Shown here one piece after another: positions 26,076 through 40,380 of a DNA stretch of 64,000 nt. The position numbers were made by a program, and so were the translations under genes. Source of the DNA: Octopus sinensis (taxonomy: Eukaryota); NCBI RefSeq assembly GCF_006345805.1, contig NC_043013.1:57288001-57352000 (forward strand). The letters are read 5' to 3'. Every line of letters begins with the position of its first letter. Position 1 is the first letter of the stretch. The notes beneath the pieces were generated by a model. It was not told the origin of the DNA, made no database searches, and was given only the letters and a program-made list of their open reading frames with translations.

Positions 26076-26419
26076 CATGTCTCTGTATGTCTCTGTGTGT
26101 CTATATGTCTGTGTTCATATATTTATGTATCCTCTCAAGAATACATGTATATACCTATGCATTCTTGCAAAAGAATTTTACCGAATATAGATTCTACTTC
26201 TAATTGCATCTCACTTTTATTCTTATTGTGAGGTGTGTTTGAAAAACTTACCAATATCGTCCAACAGCTTTATGAATGGCATTTGTCTTTGAGATATGTT
26301 TAGTGGAACCTGACTTACTTTTCAACAAAACAACACATAACTTCATAACAATTTGCACTTTCATTCTATCTGTTGCGAAAAACGAAAGAAAATTCTGCTT
26401 CAAAATTACTTCCACTTCA

Positions 26420-26500
26420 TATATGCATATGTATAAATATACACATACATACATACTTATAGTATGTATGTGTATACATATGTATATATATATGTATATG

Positions 26501-26553
<53 letters not shown>

Positions 26554-26730
26554 ATGTATATGTATATGTATGAATATATATATATATATGTATCTCTACA
26601 CATGCACACATACATACACACACACACAAACATGTGTATATATATATACACACACATACGTATATATAATACATATATATAATATATATATATATGTGTG
26701 TATGTGTGTGTGTATATATTTATATATATA
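26420..26730. repeat. Compound TA/TG/CA microsatellite
   Basis: Directly visible. Confidence 0.9.
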
Positions 26731-27134
26731 GTTATGTATGCCTGTAGTATATGGTTATGTGTTCGTTTTTCCTTCTTCCCAAACAAAATGGTAAAACTTC
26801 TCATTAACTGCAAAAAAGGGACAACTGTTCCCCTTATTCATTAATAAAGTTTCATGTAACACTATCATCAGATTTGCATTTTCTCATCCCTTTCACCCTT
26901 CCATTGTACACAGAAAGTTGGCTTCTTGCAGGCTCAATGTTGGAAGTAAACAACAAACTGTCTCAGAAAGCACCAAGTGGAATCACTACCAGAATCTGAG
27001 GAGGGAAACGAAAGCAAATAAATAAATTAATCAATAAATTGTCTATTTACTGGGAAAGAGAAACTAAAAGTTACATTGCTTTAAGGGTTGTTCATTAGAT
27101 CTATTCTCGATAATGTATGAATATAGGTTTTCAT

Positions 27135-27660
27135 TTGCCATCATCATCATCATCATTATATTTACCAACATTATCATCTTCATCATTATCATCATTTCCA
27201 TTCGCTCTTACCATCATAATGATCATCTTCGCCATAATCATGGTTGTCACCCTCAACATCATCATCGTCATCATCATCATCAGTACCTCCCCTGTCACAT
27301 CTGTCATCTTCATTAATGCTTCTATCATTACCAATCAGTATTATCAATCATCACCATTCACTCATCAAACACAAACATACACTACCACCACCACCACCTT
27401 CACCACCACCACCACCTTCACCACCACCACCACCTTCACCACCACCACCATCTTCACCACCACCACCACCTTCACCACCACCACCACCCTCACCACCACC
27501 ACCACCACCTTCACCACCACCACCACCACCTTCACCACCAACACCATCACAACTGCTTCCACCACCGGTGCTGCATCCAATGCCACTGCTGACACCACTA
27601 CCACTGCCTTCATAATTTCCATCACCATCTTCATTGCCACCACCATAACTATTCTTATCC
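27135..27660. repeat. (CAT)n/(CAC)n low-complexity tract with CACCACCACCACCACCTT sub-repeat
   Basis: Directly visible. Confidence 0.85.
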
Positions 27661-28038
27661 CCCCCATGAAGTAATGAATCCATTCGAAGGAATTTACATT
27701 ATTCTCCAAATCCAATAATGAACAGAGAGATTAATCCACCTGACTGATTGTTGGGTGACTCAGTACTCAACCACCCAGATTACTGGCCGAATAGTTTGTG
27801 CATGTACTTAATAGAATTAAAATTAAAACTTATCAAATTATACCCGGCAGAGAATCCAATGGTTATCCACAGCTGGAGAGGAGATCGATCCAGGGCCAAG
27901 GATATCTGTGCATTGAAACATTACTGTCTAACTATGATTGCTTTAAATCATAAGGTTTGGGTAGATAGAGACCAAGGTATACTATGCCAGTTGAGATGCT
28001 CAAAGGAAAATATTTTGCAATAAATCTGTCTTGGCAAA

Positions 28039-28640
28039 GGCGTTGCTATGTTGCCAGAAGCTTAATTCCCAACCACATGATTCCAGGTTCAGTCCCACTG
28101 CTTGGTACCTTGGGCAAGTGTCATTTTACTATAGCCCCAGGCTGACCAAAGTTCTGTGAGTACATTTGGTAAATGGAAACTGAAAGAAGCCCAACATATA
28201 GATATGGAGTAAAGATTGTTTGCCAACATAACATGGCAGTCCTGGTTTAGAATGAATGTTGCTGTAATATGTGTCCTTATATTTTGGAACAAGGGAATCT
28301 AGCACCCCTACTCAGCTCAAAACAATATCTGTGTTTTGCAATTCCTGGGTTATTTCCCTTCATCAGCACAGAATAAATATTCGGCTAGAGGCGGCACTGC
28401 CAAATAGATATGTAGATATGTATGTCTGTATGCATGCATTTATGTGTGTGTGTGGGTCTGTGTCTATGTTTGTCCCCCACTAACACTTGACAACCGGTGT
28501 TGGTGTGTTTATGCCCCTGTAACTTAGCTGTTTGACAAAGGTGATCAAAAGAATAAGTATGAGACTTTAAAAAAAAAGTACTGAGGTCGATTCATTCAAC
28601 CATTGTTCTGCAAGGCAGTGCCCCAGCATGGCCACTAATC
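28039..28640 (+). mobile_element. tRNA-derived SINE, second family, with internal low-complexity insert
   Basis: tRNA-like head (GGTTCAGTCCC B-box-like), GGAAACTGAAAGAAGCCC core, TAACTTAGC...CCCCAGCATGGCC tail also seen at 62.8 kb. Confidence 0.7.
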
Positions 28641-29179
28641 AACAACATACTTTAATCTCCCTTATGAAATATATACATATATATATATGTATAATGTTGC
28701 CTTAATTTCCATCCATTTGTTTAATATTTCATTAGATTCATGTTTTGATTCCAACTGAGCTATTTACATGTCATATACATTGTAGTGTCTAACATGTACA
28801 ATAAGCAGAGTTGAGAAACTTCAATATACTGAGATTATCCATGTAATTAACAGACAAAAGCTCCCTCGAGGGGATGTTTAATTGTCTTCAACAAACAAGG
28901 GAGATAACTCTAATATAATCAGCAAGGTATACTACTTTCATTATAGCTCATTGCTACATGTATAACAGGTTTAACACAATGAGTGATGGGTCTAATACCG
29001 CACCTAGTCTAACAGAACCACCTGGTTTTGGGGTACAGTTTGTAGCTTCCATTCTGATATAAACATTTAAAGCAGATCACTGGTTCTATTTCCCCCAAGA
29101 CTTTTTGTTTCATTTATTGTATTCTTAGAAATTATTTTGTTCTCAAAAGGATTATTAATATTTATTGTTTTCAACACAG

Positions 29180-29475
29180 GATTGATCTTATTCCTGATAG
29201 AATGCATGTGGGTAGTAGGTTGCTGCCCCTAATCCAAGATATCCCCATGATTTATCCCCAATAAGCCATCAAGTGTTCAAAAACCTTGAAACATAATCTT
29301 CCCTATTCTGCAGAGGCAAACATTCTGTTGAAGCTCAACAGGACATTCCCTTCCAGTCTCTCTTATCCATTTGTCTGTTTCCTCAGTCACAGTCCCTAAT
29401 GCAAAAATTACCATGGCTACAATATCTCGAGATTTCATGTTCCAAATCATTGCAATCTCAAACTTTAAAGGTTTT
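29180..29475 (-). mobile_element. R4/Dong-type RLE LINE, short 3' copy G
   Basis: PLKFEIAMIWNMK...VIFALGTVTEETDKWIRETGRECPVELQQNVCL, similar to the copy A C-terminus. Confidence 0.7.
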
Positions 29476-29479
29476 TATT

Positions 29480-30400
29480 CATCATCATCATCATCATCAT
29501 CATTATCATTTAACATCTGCTTTCCATGCTGGCATGGGTTGGACGGTTTCACAAGAGCAAGTCAGGCAGAAGCCTGCATCAGACTTCTGTAACTGTTTTG
29601 GCAAGATTTTTTACAACTGGATGCCCTTCCTAACACTGACCACTCCATAGAGTGAGCTGAGTGCTTTTTAAATGGCACAAGCACAGGCAAGGTCAGTTTT
29701 GGCAAGGTTTTTACAGCCAACCATTTTACAGTGTTGACTGGGTGCTTTTTAAGTGGCACCTGCACTGACAGGGTCACCAAATAACTTGCAAAACAAAACT
29801 CTTTTGAGAGAGGAAGGGGCCATTGGAGAAGGTGATCTTGTGTCAGATTATGATGAAAGGTTATAGTGTGACAGAGAGACAGAAACAGGTGGACTTGCTG
29901 TAGAGGAGGCACAAGGTCACCCAGAGAGAGAGAGAGAGAGAGAGAGAAACAAAGAGAGAGAGAGAGAGAGAGAGATCAGGAATGAAGACAGAAACAGGTG
30001 CCCTGCCACAAAGGAAGTACATGCTTACCCAACCTGAGTGAAGTGTAGGAAGAGAGAGAGAGAGTTGGAGACAGCAGGCTGGAGATGGTGGCAATGTGAG
30101 ACATCCTCACAAGGGACAGGGATCAGAATTTAAATGGGATGGTTGAGTAAAGGAAGAGAGAGATACAGATGGTGGCAAGTGTCCTTGAGGTTCAATGCTA
30201 TAATATAAATGGCAGGATATTTGCGAAGGGAGTGTGATTAAAGAGTGAGAGTAAGTGGTGAAAGACCTGGGTATATATGGAGTTGGAGGGGGTTACCAGA
30301 TATCAGTGATACAGGGGGATAGGAGTGTGAGGACAGAATTGGGGAGTGAAAGATAAGCAGAGTGTATGAAGGAGGAAATGTGAGGAAGAGAAGAGATGGA
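29480..30400 (-). mobile_element. RTE-type 3' region/tail repeat ending in (TGA)n
   Basis: Minus strand reads AAAAAGCACCC sub-repeats, GGAAGGGCATCCAG, CCAACCCATGCCAGCATGGAAAGCAGATGTTAAATGATAATGATG; same tail as 7.5 and 43.9 kb. Confidence 0.7.
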
Positions 30401-33149
30401 AGATAGATGTTAAATGTCGATGATGATGATGATGATGATGATCATCATCATCATCATGCTCATCATCCTAATTATTACATAAAATATTTCGTCAACAAAC
30501 TCTGTAGCCTTCACTGTAAATCTCAGAGATGTCCTACAAAGCATCAAATCTCAAGTTTGATTTAATAATTTAGATGCAAATATTCAAATTTAAAATGGAA
30601 AAGAATTCCATTCTGCAAAACACGGAGAACAGTTAAAACTGCTGGTATTTTATTGATAACATCTTTTATTATATTAAAGTGCTAACAGTAAATTCCTGTG
30701 GTGTAAGCAACCTGGCACACTCTGAAAGTGTGTGTGTGTGTGCAATAGAGAGAGAGAGAGAGAGAGAATGAGATCCAGATGAATGCTACTAGCATATGTT
30801 CACATACACACACTCACACACATAGAAATTCTTTACATGCACACACACACACACAGACACACACACATATGGCAACTGAGTTTATGTGAGAGTAGAAGTT
30901 ATGTGTATATGTGCATCCACCATTGGCATTTGTATGGGTGAGAATTGGAAGAGGACATTTTTGCCAAAAACAGAATTTATTTTCAAGTTATGAATAATAT
31001 ATTGGCATTTTGGTATTTCGTGAATTTATTTAATCTGTTTTATTTTGTTGTGTGTATATATATATATATAATTCTTTGTACAAGTGTGTGTGTGTATCAC
31101 TTAAAACATCTAAAATGTAATACTGCCATGTTGATCTTTGATATTTCTAATTAAACTGTGGAACATGCACAGGGTCAGTTGGTTAGGATATTGAAATATA
31201 AAAGACACCAGTGTTAGTAAATTACAATAGAGTGTAAGGCCGTATGAGTTATAAAACTGGCAAGAATGTTTTGGGGTTTCTATATTGATTCGCTCTCTTC
31301 CCTAGAATTTGAAGCCTTGTGCTTATTGAAGGATAAAATCTTAATATTATTAAACTGATTTAAATGTGTTGCATGCTTACAAAGAATTTATGCTGTTTAG
31401 GTTTGATGTCAAAATCAGTTTTATTGTAAAGCACTTGGACAGCATTGCTGAACCATAGCACAAACTTATTCACAAGTTTTCAACTTGTTGTTGTGGACTC
31501 GTATAATTACTGTGCCTGCAGCATTTTCCCCTGCAGACATTCACTGTAATATGTTCTTGCTGGTTATCATCTGCATCAATATCACCATCCAAGAGTCAGT
31601 GTGGTGGTGGAGGTGGTGCAGTGGCTCACAAAGCTTGATGACATGGCACTGTCTCTGCTGAGGAATTTAGAAATAAAAACTAAAGGAATCAGATCTTGCA
31701 CCAGTATATCCTTAACGACACCAAAAACTAAACACAAAAGAAAATTCCATCGATGAAATATTTGGTTTCTTTGAGTCTAAAATTAAAAAAACCAAGTTAA
31801 AGTTTTTGTGTAGCCATAATTTTTGTTTCTTTTTTCTGCCATTTTGTCTTCTTGGTAATGTCACATGTTCAGTTGTTACTCGAGAACAGAAATCAAGTTT
31901 TTTTTTTGTCATTTCTTTGCAGTTTTTCTTTATAGAACTTTTTCTATATTTTGACACAGGAATTATAATGGTAAGAATGAAGATTTCTAACATACTAACA
32001 AAATATTCCTTGTGTGGTGGCTAGCATTAGAATAAATTTAGTTTCCTATTGTAAATAACTAGTACCTATTTGATGATGCATATAAGAAATAGCAACTAAA
32101 TCTACCTTAAATCTTAAAAGAGAACACACTAGACTTGTGCCCCCTCACACAAGAAAATATACTGGATGGCTATTGTTGGATTGTCTTTTATAATGGATCT
32201 ACTTAATAAAGGGTGACCAGCAACTAAATAAAAAGAATAACTAGGACCTATTTTATTGAGGATGTAAAATACAAGTGACAGATATCACCTTAGTAATGTC
32301 ACCTGATAAATGTCGCTCTGCAGATGTCACCCCACAGGTATCATTCTATAGCTGGCACACTACAGATGTCACACTACAGATGCCACCTCACAGATGCCAT
32401 TCCACATACATTAACCTATAGATGTTAAAATGTAAACTGTACCAATTCTTCATCTGTGTCAAAGAGTCCAGAACTGTCATGGACCCCCTTCCTCCAGGTA
32501 ATTTCATAAATTTCTGATTTCTCTCCATTCATCTCACAACCGGCAAATTTCCCCTCCATGACTAACACTACTCTGTACAACTTTTTTCACATTCATAAAT
32601 ATTGTTTAAAGAACCAACAAGTAAGGCTTCATGTGGCAAGTTGACCAATGAAAAATAACAGCTAAATGTCTCTCAAATCACATTTTACAGTCTTAACAAA
32701 AATGGAAAACTCACTTCATAATATATTTGTTGAGACAAAAAGTCTGGGTAAGAATATCTTCAGAGTATCAAACAGAGCTGAACTGGGTTTCAACAACAAT
32801 ATGCAAATTTTCAGAGTCAGAAAAGCACCGAGTAAAATTTCTTGCAGTAATTATTCCCAATTTTACATTCTGAGTTCAAATCCCACAAAGTCAATGTTGA
32901 CTCTTATCCTTCTTGAGTCAATGAAGTAGAGACTAGTATGGTTGAATGGTGGACTTATAAGAATGTTGGACAAGAGATTTTGCAATATATATTCTAATTC
33001 TTCATGTTCTGAGTTCAAATCATGCTATGGTGTGCCTGGCTTATAGACTTAATGTGTCAGCCAATTTATCCCCTTAGCCTTATCCTTGGGTACCTTTAGT
33101 GGAATTCACTATGTTGCAAACATTCAATGTTATGTCAAGGGTTTGAGAA

Positions 33150-34253
33150 TAACTTCTTTTCTTCCCATCATGTTCCAGGAGTTCAAATCCCACACATACC
33201 ATTTAGCTGGTTCAGAGGCAAAAACTTCATGCTCCTGTTTTCAACCTCATCTACATTATCAAGTTCTGTCCATGCTGGAAAGGAGCCATGGTTCAGAAAA
33301 GGTAGTAACCAGATAGTGTAAGGCAACAAGCACCTCTAGATCCTCAAGTTCCTCAAGTCTGCACTTGGTCCCCTTGGCATTATGTGCCGGGCATGTAAGA
33401 GGCTGTAAGAGTGAATGTCTTCAGTTGACCAATGCCATGTAATGGGCTTTCAAAGTACCATATATTCACAGCAGTCGTTGAGCATGGAAGTTAGGGTTCA
33501 CAGCTTGACCTTCTCGGACAAGTTCAAAGTGCAACGCCACCTTGAAATTCCACCAAACACACAACATGACCTTCTCTTCAAACTGCCCTTGTTTAACAGC
33601 AGGTTTTGAAGCCAGGCTGGAATAAAACTACTCATTTTTCATAATAGAATTATGAAAATAGATCAATTTTACATCCTCAGTTACAATTCAATGCCAAAAG
33701 TTGGCATCTAAGGGATTTACAACTGGTCGTTTACAAATGGTCACACATTGTTGAGCCTGGTCATTGGTCAGTTTATGCAGAGCTTCTTGATAACATCTGT
33801 TCACAAAGCCAAGCTTATGGAGGTGCTGACTCATGATGCTTTGCAAAGGGTCAAGTTCTGCTGAAAGTCTATGAGCTTGGCTGTTGTTCAACCATTTCAA
33901 TCCAGGTCTCACCTTCGACAACAGAAGCTCTCTCTAAACTTGGTTTATCTTTGCAGCTGGTGTCACCTTCCATAAAATCTCTGAACCAGATTCGTACCAT
34001 GATGGTTTCTGGCCTTCCTCAGCATTTATTTTAACTTCAGTTTGAACAGGTAGCCTGAAATGGCTCTAATTGCAATTTTTTCACGACTCATGATCAATGC
34101 TGTAACACAAGGAGCAAGTAATTAATATTTATATGTTTTATATAAACATTCAGTGACAATGGACAAATTGTGTCAAATTTATGATATTACAAGGAAATAC
34201 AAGTTGCCAGATATCACCAGTGCAAATTTTAAAATCTTTGACTCAACCTCGTA
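33150..34253 (-). mobile_element. Decayed mariner (Tc1/mariner) transposon
   Basis: MSREKIAIRA..YLFKL start at 34091, HKLTNDQAQQCV, FWH*IVTEDVKLIYFHN, EKVMLCVWWNF..HFEL, PAHNAKGTKCRLEEL; TA+CGAGGTTGAGTCAAAG TIR-like end at 34253. Many stops and frameshifts. Confidence 0.75.
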
Positions 34254-34859
34254 AAAACAGTTCAACTTGTATTGATAACTAATTGGTAGGTTAACAGATT
34301 ATTTAATTACAATGTGGCTCATTAGATTGAGTGCAGGGTAGTACAGGAACTGACAGTTTTTTTTCTAACAGTATGTTACAATACTGTTGTCACAATTTGA
34401 GCCAGGTAATTTGTGGTTGGTAAGTTAGTATTTTCAAACCTTTTCATACCAATTTACCTGAGATTGTATTTGGCTCTATGATATAAAATTGGTTTTAATG
34501 TGATCTAAGTTAAAAATCCTCCATGAAAACCAGAAATATTTCCATGAAGGAATTAAATACATCATTAGGATGTTTTGTCATTGGTTCTTTCATCTGCTCA
34601 ATACTTCAAGACCAATGAACATCCGTTTTTAGAATTAGCTCACCATGGTAACAGGACTTAAATTAATATTTTTTTTTATTGTACTTGGAAGTTACAGTTG
34701 GTGAATAATTTGACACATTTTTGGTGACACTGCCAGAATGATAGTGTGTTGAGGGAATGATGGGATAACAGAACTGGAGAATAATCTTTTACCTTGACAC
34801 ACATTAACATGCATACATAAATTCATATATATATAGAGAGAGATAGATAGATACAGAAT

Positions 34860-34879
34860 AACACACACACACACACACA

Positions 34880-34923
<44 letters not shown>

Positions 34924-34945
34924 ACAAACACACACACACATACAC
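34860..34945. repeat. (CA)n microsatellite
   Basis: Directly visible. Confidence 0.9.
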
Positions 34946-35577
34946 ATGTTTTGAAGGTTTTACTTGTCAGCTACCAAACTTCAAAATAAATTTTTCTTTG
35001 TGACAGTGTGACAATTACCACATTTGGGCATTAAAAAGCACAGAAAAGGGAAAACTCTCTCTAAAGTGTTTTATCAAAGACGAAGAGGATGTAACAGTGA
35101 AAAATATTGTAGATATGGGGCAGGAGGAGAGTGTGAAATTTGGTATTTGGGATAGGGGTAGGGATGGGGGCGGGGTAATTGTGAAGGATTGTAATTGCTA
35201 AAAGTTAATTTAAGAAAAGAAAACTAGGTGGTAGTGGTGGTGGTGGTGGTGGGGTTAGTAGAATTCTGAAAGGGAAATAATGTTACCTAGTAAAGTCTAT
35301 TGAAACACACACATGAACAGAAACACATGCACATGTGCACACACACACGTGTACACACACATGCACATACACACATGCGCATGTGTATGCAGGCACACAA
35401 AAAGATACCTGCACACATACATGCAAGCATGCAAAGAGAGAGAAAACGAGATGAGATAATGAATTTTTAGCCTTCAGAAATGATGACCCACCAGAAAGTG
35501 AGAGAGTGAGAGAGAGGGAGATGAATATAAGTAAAGTTCATTAATGGAAAAAGAATGTGATAAATTGATTCAAACAT

Positions 35578-35580
35578 ACT

Positions 35581-35627
<47 letters not shown>

Positions 35628-35637
35628 CGTGGAGGCG

Positions 35638-35711
<74 letters not shown>
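35578..35711. repeat. (AGT)n(AGC)n compound microsatellite
   Basis: Directly visible. Confidence 0.9.
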
Positions 35712-37967
35712 TATTGTCTTTACTTAGCTTTCTGTCAGCCCTGATTCAGCTGACGTAGGATCAAAGGTGTTCCAGGTATGACCATCCCATCTGTATTTAA
35801 AATAAAATGTATCCACAACTGTTTTATCTTGCTTACATGTGTCACCTACCATTTTTAAAATGTTTGTGTATCATTTAGGGGAGATTTAGTTCTTATTTCT
35901 AGTCAATCAACCCCACAGATATCCTCTTTTTCACTTGATAGCTTCAATGCCTTACCCTTAACTCAAACACAATATCCTTCAATGCTTATAATTATACTTG
36001 ACTGCAGGATGGGGTTGGGTCAGTGCTCCTTACAAAGTATACAGTGGCCTCATACAGGATATTGGGATGGGCTACCACATATTACCTTCTAAGCACAAGA
36101 TGTACCAGTAAGATTCATTTGGGACTTTGAGAAACAGTCTTTTGATTAAAGAAGTCTGAGAAATATCAGAACATTAAATTGATTCCATCAATTCCCTTCT
36201 TTCTTCATTTTACTAATTCTTCAATGATGAAATTAATGTTGACTTTGACAAAATTTCAACTCTGACAATAAATCTTGAAAATGTTCCACAAAATATCAAA
36301 TATCAGTTTTGGTTTAACAAGTTAGATACAAATATTCAAATTTATGCAAAGGAATTATTCTACAAAATCTTTAAAAACAGCAAAATTGATTCAAGCTGTT
36401 TTGTTTGTTATTGCCTAATTTAGCTTATTTTTTATTTGTTTGTCTGTAGAAATATGTTTTGGTGTTGTGTAGACCTCAGTCAGCTCTGATCCATAAAATT
36501 GTTCCCCATGTGACCATCTCATTTATTTTACCGAATGTAATATATTGAGAACTATGTTACTCAAAGTTCTGGTGTGTCCTTCATTATAAGACAATTGAGT
36601 GTGATTTGCAGAAAGTATGGTTGCTATTTCTCAGTGCTTAAACAACCATGTAAAAACCTTCTGTCACAGATTCAAAAGATTTTCTTTTAATCCCTTTCCT
36701 TGTACCAAAAAATGGGTTCATGTTTGAAATTTCTGTATTTGAATATTGAATGAATGGAATTTCAGGGGCTTTTCTATGCCTACAAGTCTATTTCTAGCAG
36801 TTTGAGTTACCACATAGAGGTCGTTTTGCCAGTTGGAAAATGTTCTGCTTACAGTTTGTGCTCCTTTATTACACTTTTCCCTAAATTTCCCTGGTGATTC
36901 ATTACAAATTATGGTAACTTTATTCCATAGCAGTGTGTGACACATTATTTCTGGCACCTTACATGTTCTCTTATTCTTCCCTTTGATATTTTTCTTTGGA
37001 TTAGAATTTTCTGATTCCTTTCTTTAAAGAGATATCTTGCTTCTCTTTTATAAGACCATTTACCAAACATCTAGGTTCTTTCCAATACAATTCTTTCATT
37101 TGTCCACCTCTTGAATAGGTTTTTATTCTTCTAAGAACTCTCAAGTCTCTCATATGTAATCTCACTTCAGCGGGTCTTTTGTCAACAGACTCTTCTACAT
37201 TTTCTCACCAACGCCAACGCAACATGACTAAACATTGACACTTCATTCTTGCTTTACTGTCGCATCTTTTCTTATAACAACAGATTCTTCAGGTGTCACA
37301 GTTTTTCTCTTTAACTTACTGTAGCCGTTCTACTGAAGTCGGTGGTGGTGGTGGTCTTCTTACTTTTGTGTTTGGTGGTGGTTGCGGTGGTGTTGTTGTT
37401 GTTGGTGGTGGTGGTGGTGGTAGTATTTTTGTTTCTGTTGGTGGCTGGTGTAATAGCAATGATGGTAATATTATTGTAGTTGATGGCAGCAGCAATGGTG
37501 ATGGTGGTAGTGTTTCTTGATTATGGTATTTTTGTTAATGCTAGTGGTGTTAGTAGAGGTATTATTCTTGGTGATCATGGTGGCTCTGGTTGTACAGGTG
37601 ATGATCATGGGGGAATGGCAGGTTGGTATTTACCCAGAGTTTAAGGCATTTCATAATTAAACATTTATCAATATATATTCAATGGTAGTCAGAACTGAGT
37701 CCCTCTTTATTTATTATTATATTTCAGTTGGTGAAGAATATCAGCATCGATTACAGGTTTCATTCAAAGAACTCTTCATTCTTTTCCAGTTTTCTTGAAG
37801 ACGTTTTATGTGTGTGTTTTTGTGTGCATGTTTGTGTGAATCACAGTGTTTCTGCATACATTTCCAAACTACACGAAAAATATACAAAAGACAGTTGTAT
37901 GAACAAAAAACAGGGTCTATTAGTTTGGTCTTTCACATTTCAAGCTTCTCTACAGAAAGGGAAGAGG

Positions 37968-38000
<33 letters not shown>

Positions 38001-38597
38001 AGGGAGAGAGGTAAAAGACTGGATTAACAGTGATGGCAGTAAATAATACAAGCCTATAACTGAGAATTAGCCGACAGGTGTGGAACCAGATTTAACCGGT
38101 TGTCAAATATTATGATTTTAATCTGAGTCAGATGAAGGAGACGTTATAAACTCTAGCCTCATTCAAAAATATTTAATCTTGTTTTGAAAATATTTCTTTC
38201 GAATTTTCCAGTTACCAGAAACATTATCTGCCTTGATGTGGTTTTCTTTTTAACATATGAATTATCTTATTTACAAGTCCCAATTTCTCTGTAGTGAAGA
38301 GATGACTGCCCACAACAACTGGATTTCATACAACCTCAGTTATGCTTTCTCTTCCACCATTTACTATCAATGTTTGAAAGATGTAAAAGATGAGGGGGGA
38401 ATGCATAACAGTTGTATCTTCAGAGTAATGTTTTGGGAGTTTGGCAAAGTTCTTGCGGTCGATAGATTTTGAAAGAATTTGTTCTTTTAACTCCTTCATA
38501 CACATCCAACAGCAATGAGAGCAGATGAAGGCAGCATCATGAGGGATCCTAGTTGTGTGTGTATAAGTGTGTATAAACATGTGTAGATATATGCACG

Positions 38598-38635
<38 letters not shown>

Positions 38636-38667
38636 TGTGTATATATATGTGCACACACACATATGTA

Positions 38668-38797
38668 TATGAAGTCTGATCAATAAGTATCTGAACTGTT
38701 GCCATAGTAACGAACCTAAAGCAGGCAGAGTAAAGCCATGTAGCACAGATTGACCTTGAACACTGTTGTGCATGCACACAAAGTTTTATCGTTCTTG
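38668..38797 (+). mobile_element. Mariner-like terminal fragment
   Basis: TA-TGAAGTCTGATCAATAAGTATC... next to a TA tract; resembles a mariner terminus from recall, not checked. Confidence 0.45.
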
Positions 38798-39003
38798 TTA
38801 ATTTCCAAAAGCCAAGTACAGAGGTTTATCTTTGGCAAGGTATTTCTCCTCAAGTTGCCTTACCAGAAATATATCATCAGTGGTGCTTCTCCCTGGCACA
38901 AAACCAAACTGCATCTCATCTAGACTAACTCTCTCCTTAATTAGTTGGGCTATGACCCTCTCTGTAACTTTCATTATCTCATCCAACAATTTGATACCAA
39001 TCT
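38798..39003 (-). mobile_element. RTE LINE RT N-terminal fragment
   Basis: GIKLLDEIMKVTERVI...LDEMQFGFVPGRSTTDDIFLVRQLEEKYLAKDKPLYLAF. Confidence 0.85.
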
Positions 39004-39440
39004 GATATATTATAACTATGTATATATAATATATATACATAGTTAGACAGAGAGAGAGAGAGAGAGAGTAAACGAAATAGAAAGAAATTACACATAAAAT
39101 GTCTCTATATATGATATGCATATAATACAACAAGTGCTGACAATTTCCCTTGCCCTACACCTCAGACAACACATCCCAGAGCTAGTCTCTATTCTCACCA
39201 AAATCTTTCATTCTGCTTTTTATACAGTGATGGATGTATTCTTATTTTTTCTATATCCCACTGTCGTGTGCCCCATTCCTTAAATGTAAACCTGCCATCT
39301 GTTGCTCTCTTGTTGTATTCCCTCCAACATAACAAAGGAAATTGATGCAGGCATTAGTAATGATATCCTGTCTCCCTTTGACTGCCTCTCCCACCATAAG
39401 CATTTCTACTATAGGCCCAAATTTGGTGGTAGGAGGGGAC

Positions 39441-39608
39441 TAGTCGATTGCATCGACCCCAGTGTTTCACTTGTACTTAATTTATTGACCCCAAAAGGAT
39501 GAAAGGCAAAGTCGACCCTGGCAGAATTTGAACCCAGAACATAACAATGAGTGAAAATACTAAGCATTTCGTCCAGCATGCTAACAATTCTGCCAGCTTG
39601 CTGCCTTG
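39441..39608 (-). mobile_element. SINE (family of 84-290)
   Basis: Reverse complement of the family head and core. Confidence 0.8.
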
Positions 39609-39974
39609 CCTCTCCCACCATAATGACAGCCAAAATGGCTTTCTTACAGTAGATCGACAGTAGACTTGATTCTCCTGTTGTTAGAAGAATTTCAGAAAAA
39701 CAGAGTCAATGAACTTGGTGTCGTCATAATGCCCCCACAAATAATAAGAATGTTCTGGGTTTTAGTGCTACACTCCCTCAGTGACATCCGCAAAAAGATA
39801 CATGCATATTTTTTGTTATTGCTGGTAATAAACAAGGAATCCATTGACAACCATCTCAACCATTAATAATCCATTATTCAACATTATTATATCATCATCA
39901 TTGTCATCATCATCGATGTCATCACTGTCAGCATCACCACCATCATCATCATCATTATCATCTATGTCTTTATT

Positions 39975-40380
39975 GCACACAGGGGGTGAAACACAGAGGG
40001 GAGAAACAAGGACAGAGAAAGGGTTTAAGATGATTACATTGACCCCAGTGCATAACTGGTACTTATTTAATTGACCCCCGAAAGGACAAAAGGCAAATTT
40101 GACCTTGCTAAAATTTGAACTCAGAACATAACGGCATAGGAAATACCTATTTCTTTACTACCCACAAGGGGCTAAACACAGAGAGGACAAACAAGGACAG
40201 ACAAACGGATTAAGTCGATTATGTCGACCCCAGTGTATAACTGGTACTTAATTTATCGATCCCGAAAGGATGAAAGGCAAAGTCAACCTCAGTGGAATTT
40301 GAACTCAGAACATAGTGCAACACGAAATACTGCTAAGCATTTCGCCCGGCGTGCTAATGATTCTGCCAGCTCGCCCCCTT
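39975..40380 (-). mobile_element. Two adjacent SINE copies (family of 84-290)
   Basis: 40150-40380 is near complete; 39975-40140 is a more diverged partial copy. Confidence 0.8.

Noticed and set aside
25529-27715. Y/I/H/T-rich, Pro-rich and Gly-rich ORFs
   Set aside because: Translations of di- and trinucleotide microsatellites, open in several frames on both strands.
31505-31650. Minus-strand exon candidate after TTTCTAAATTCCTCAG
   Set aside because: All three frames hit stops before a convincing donor.
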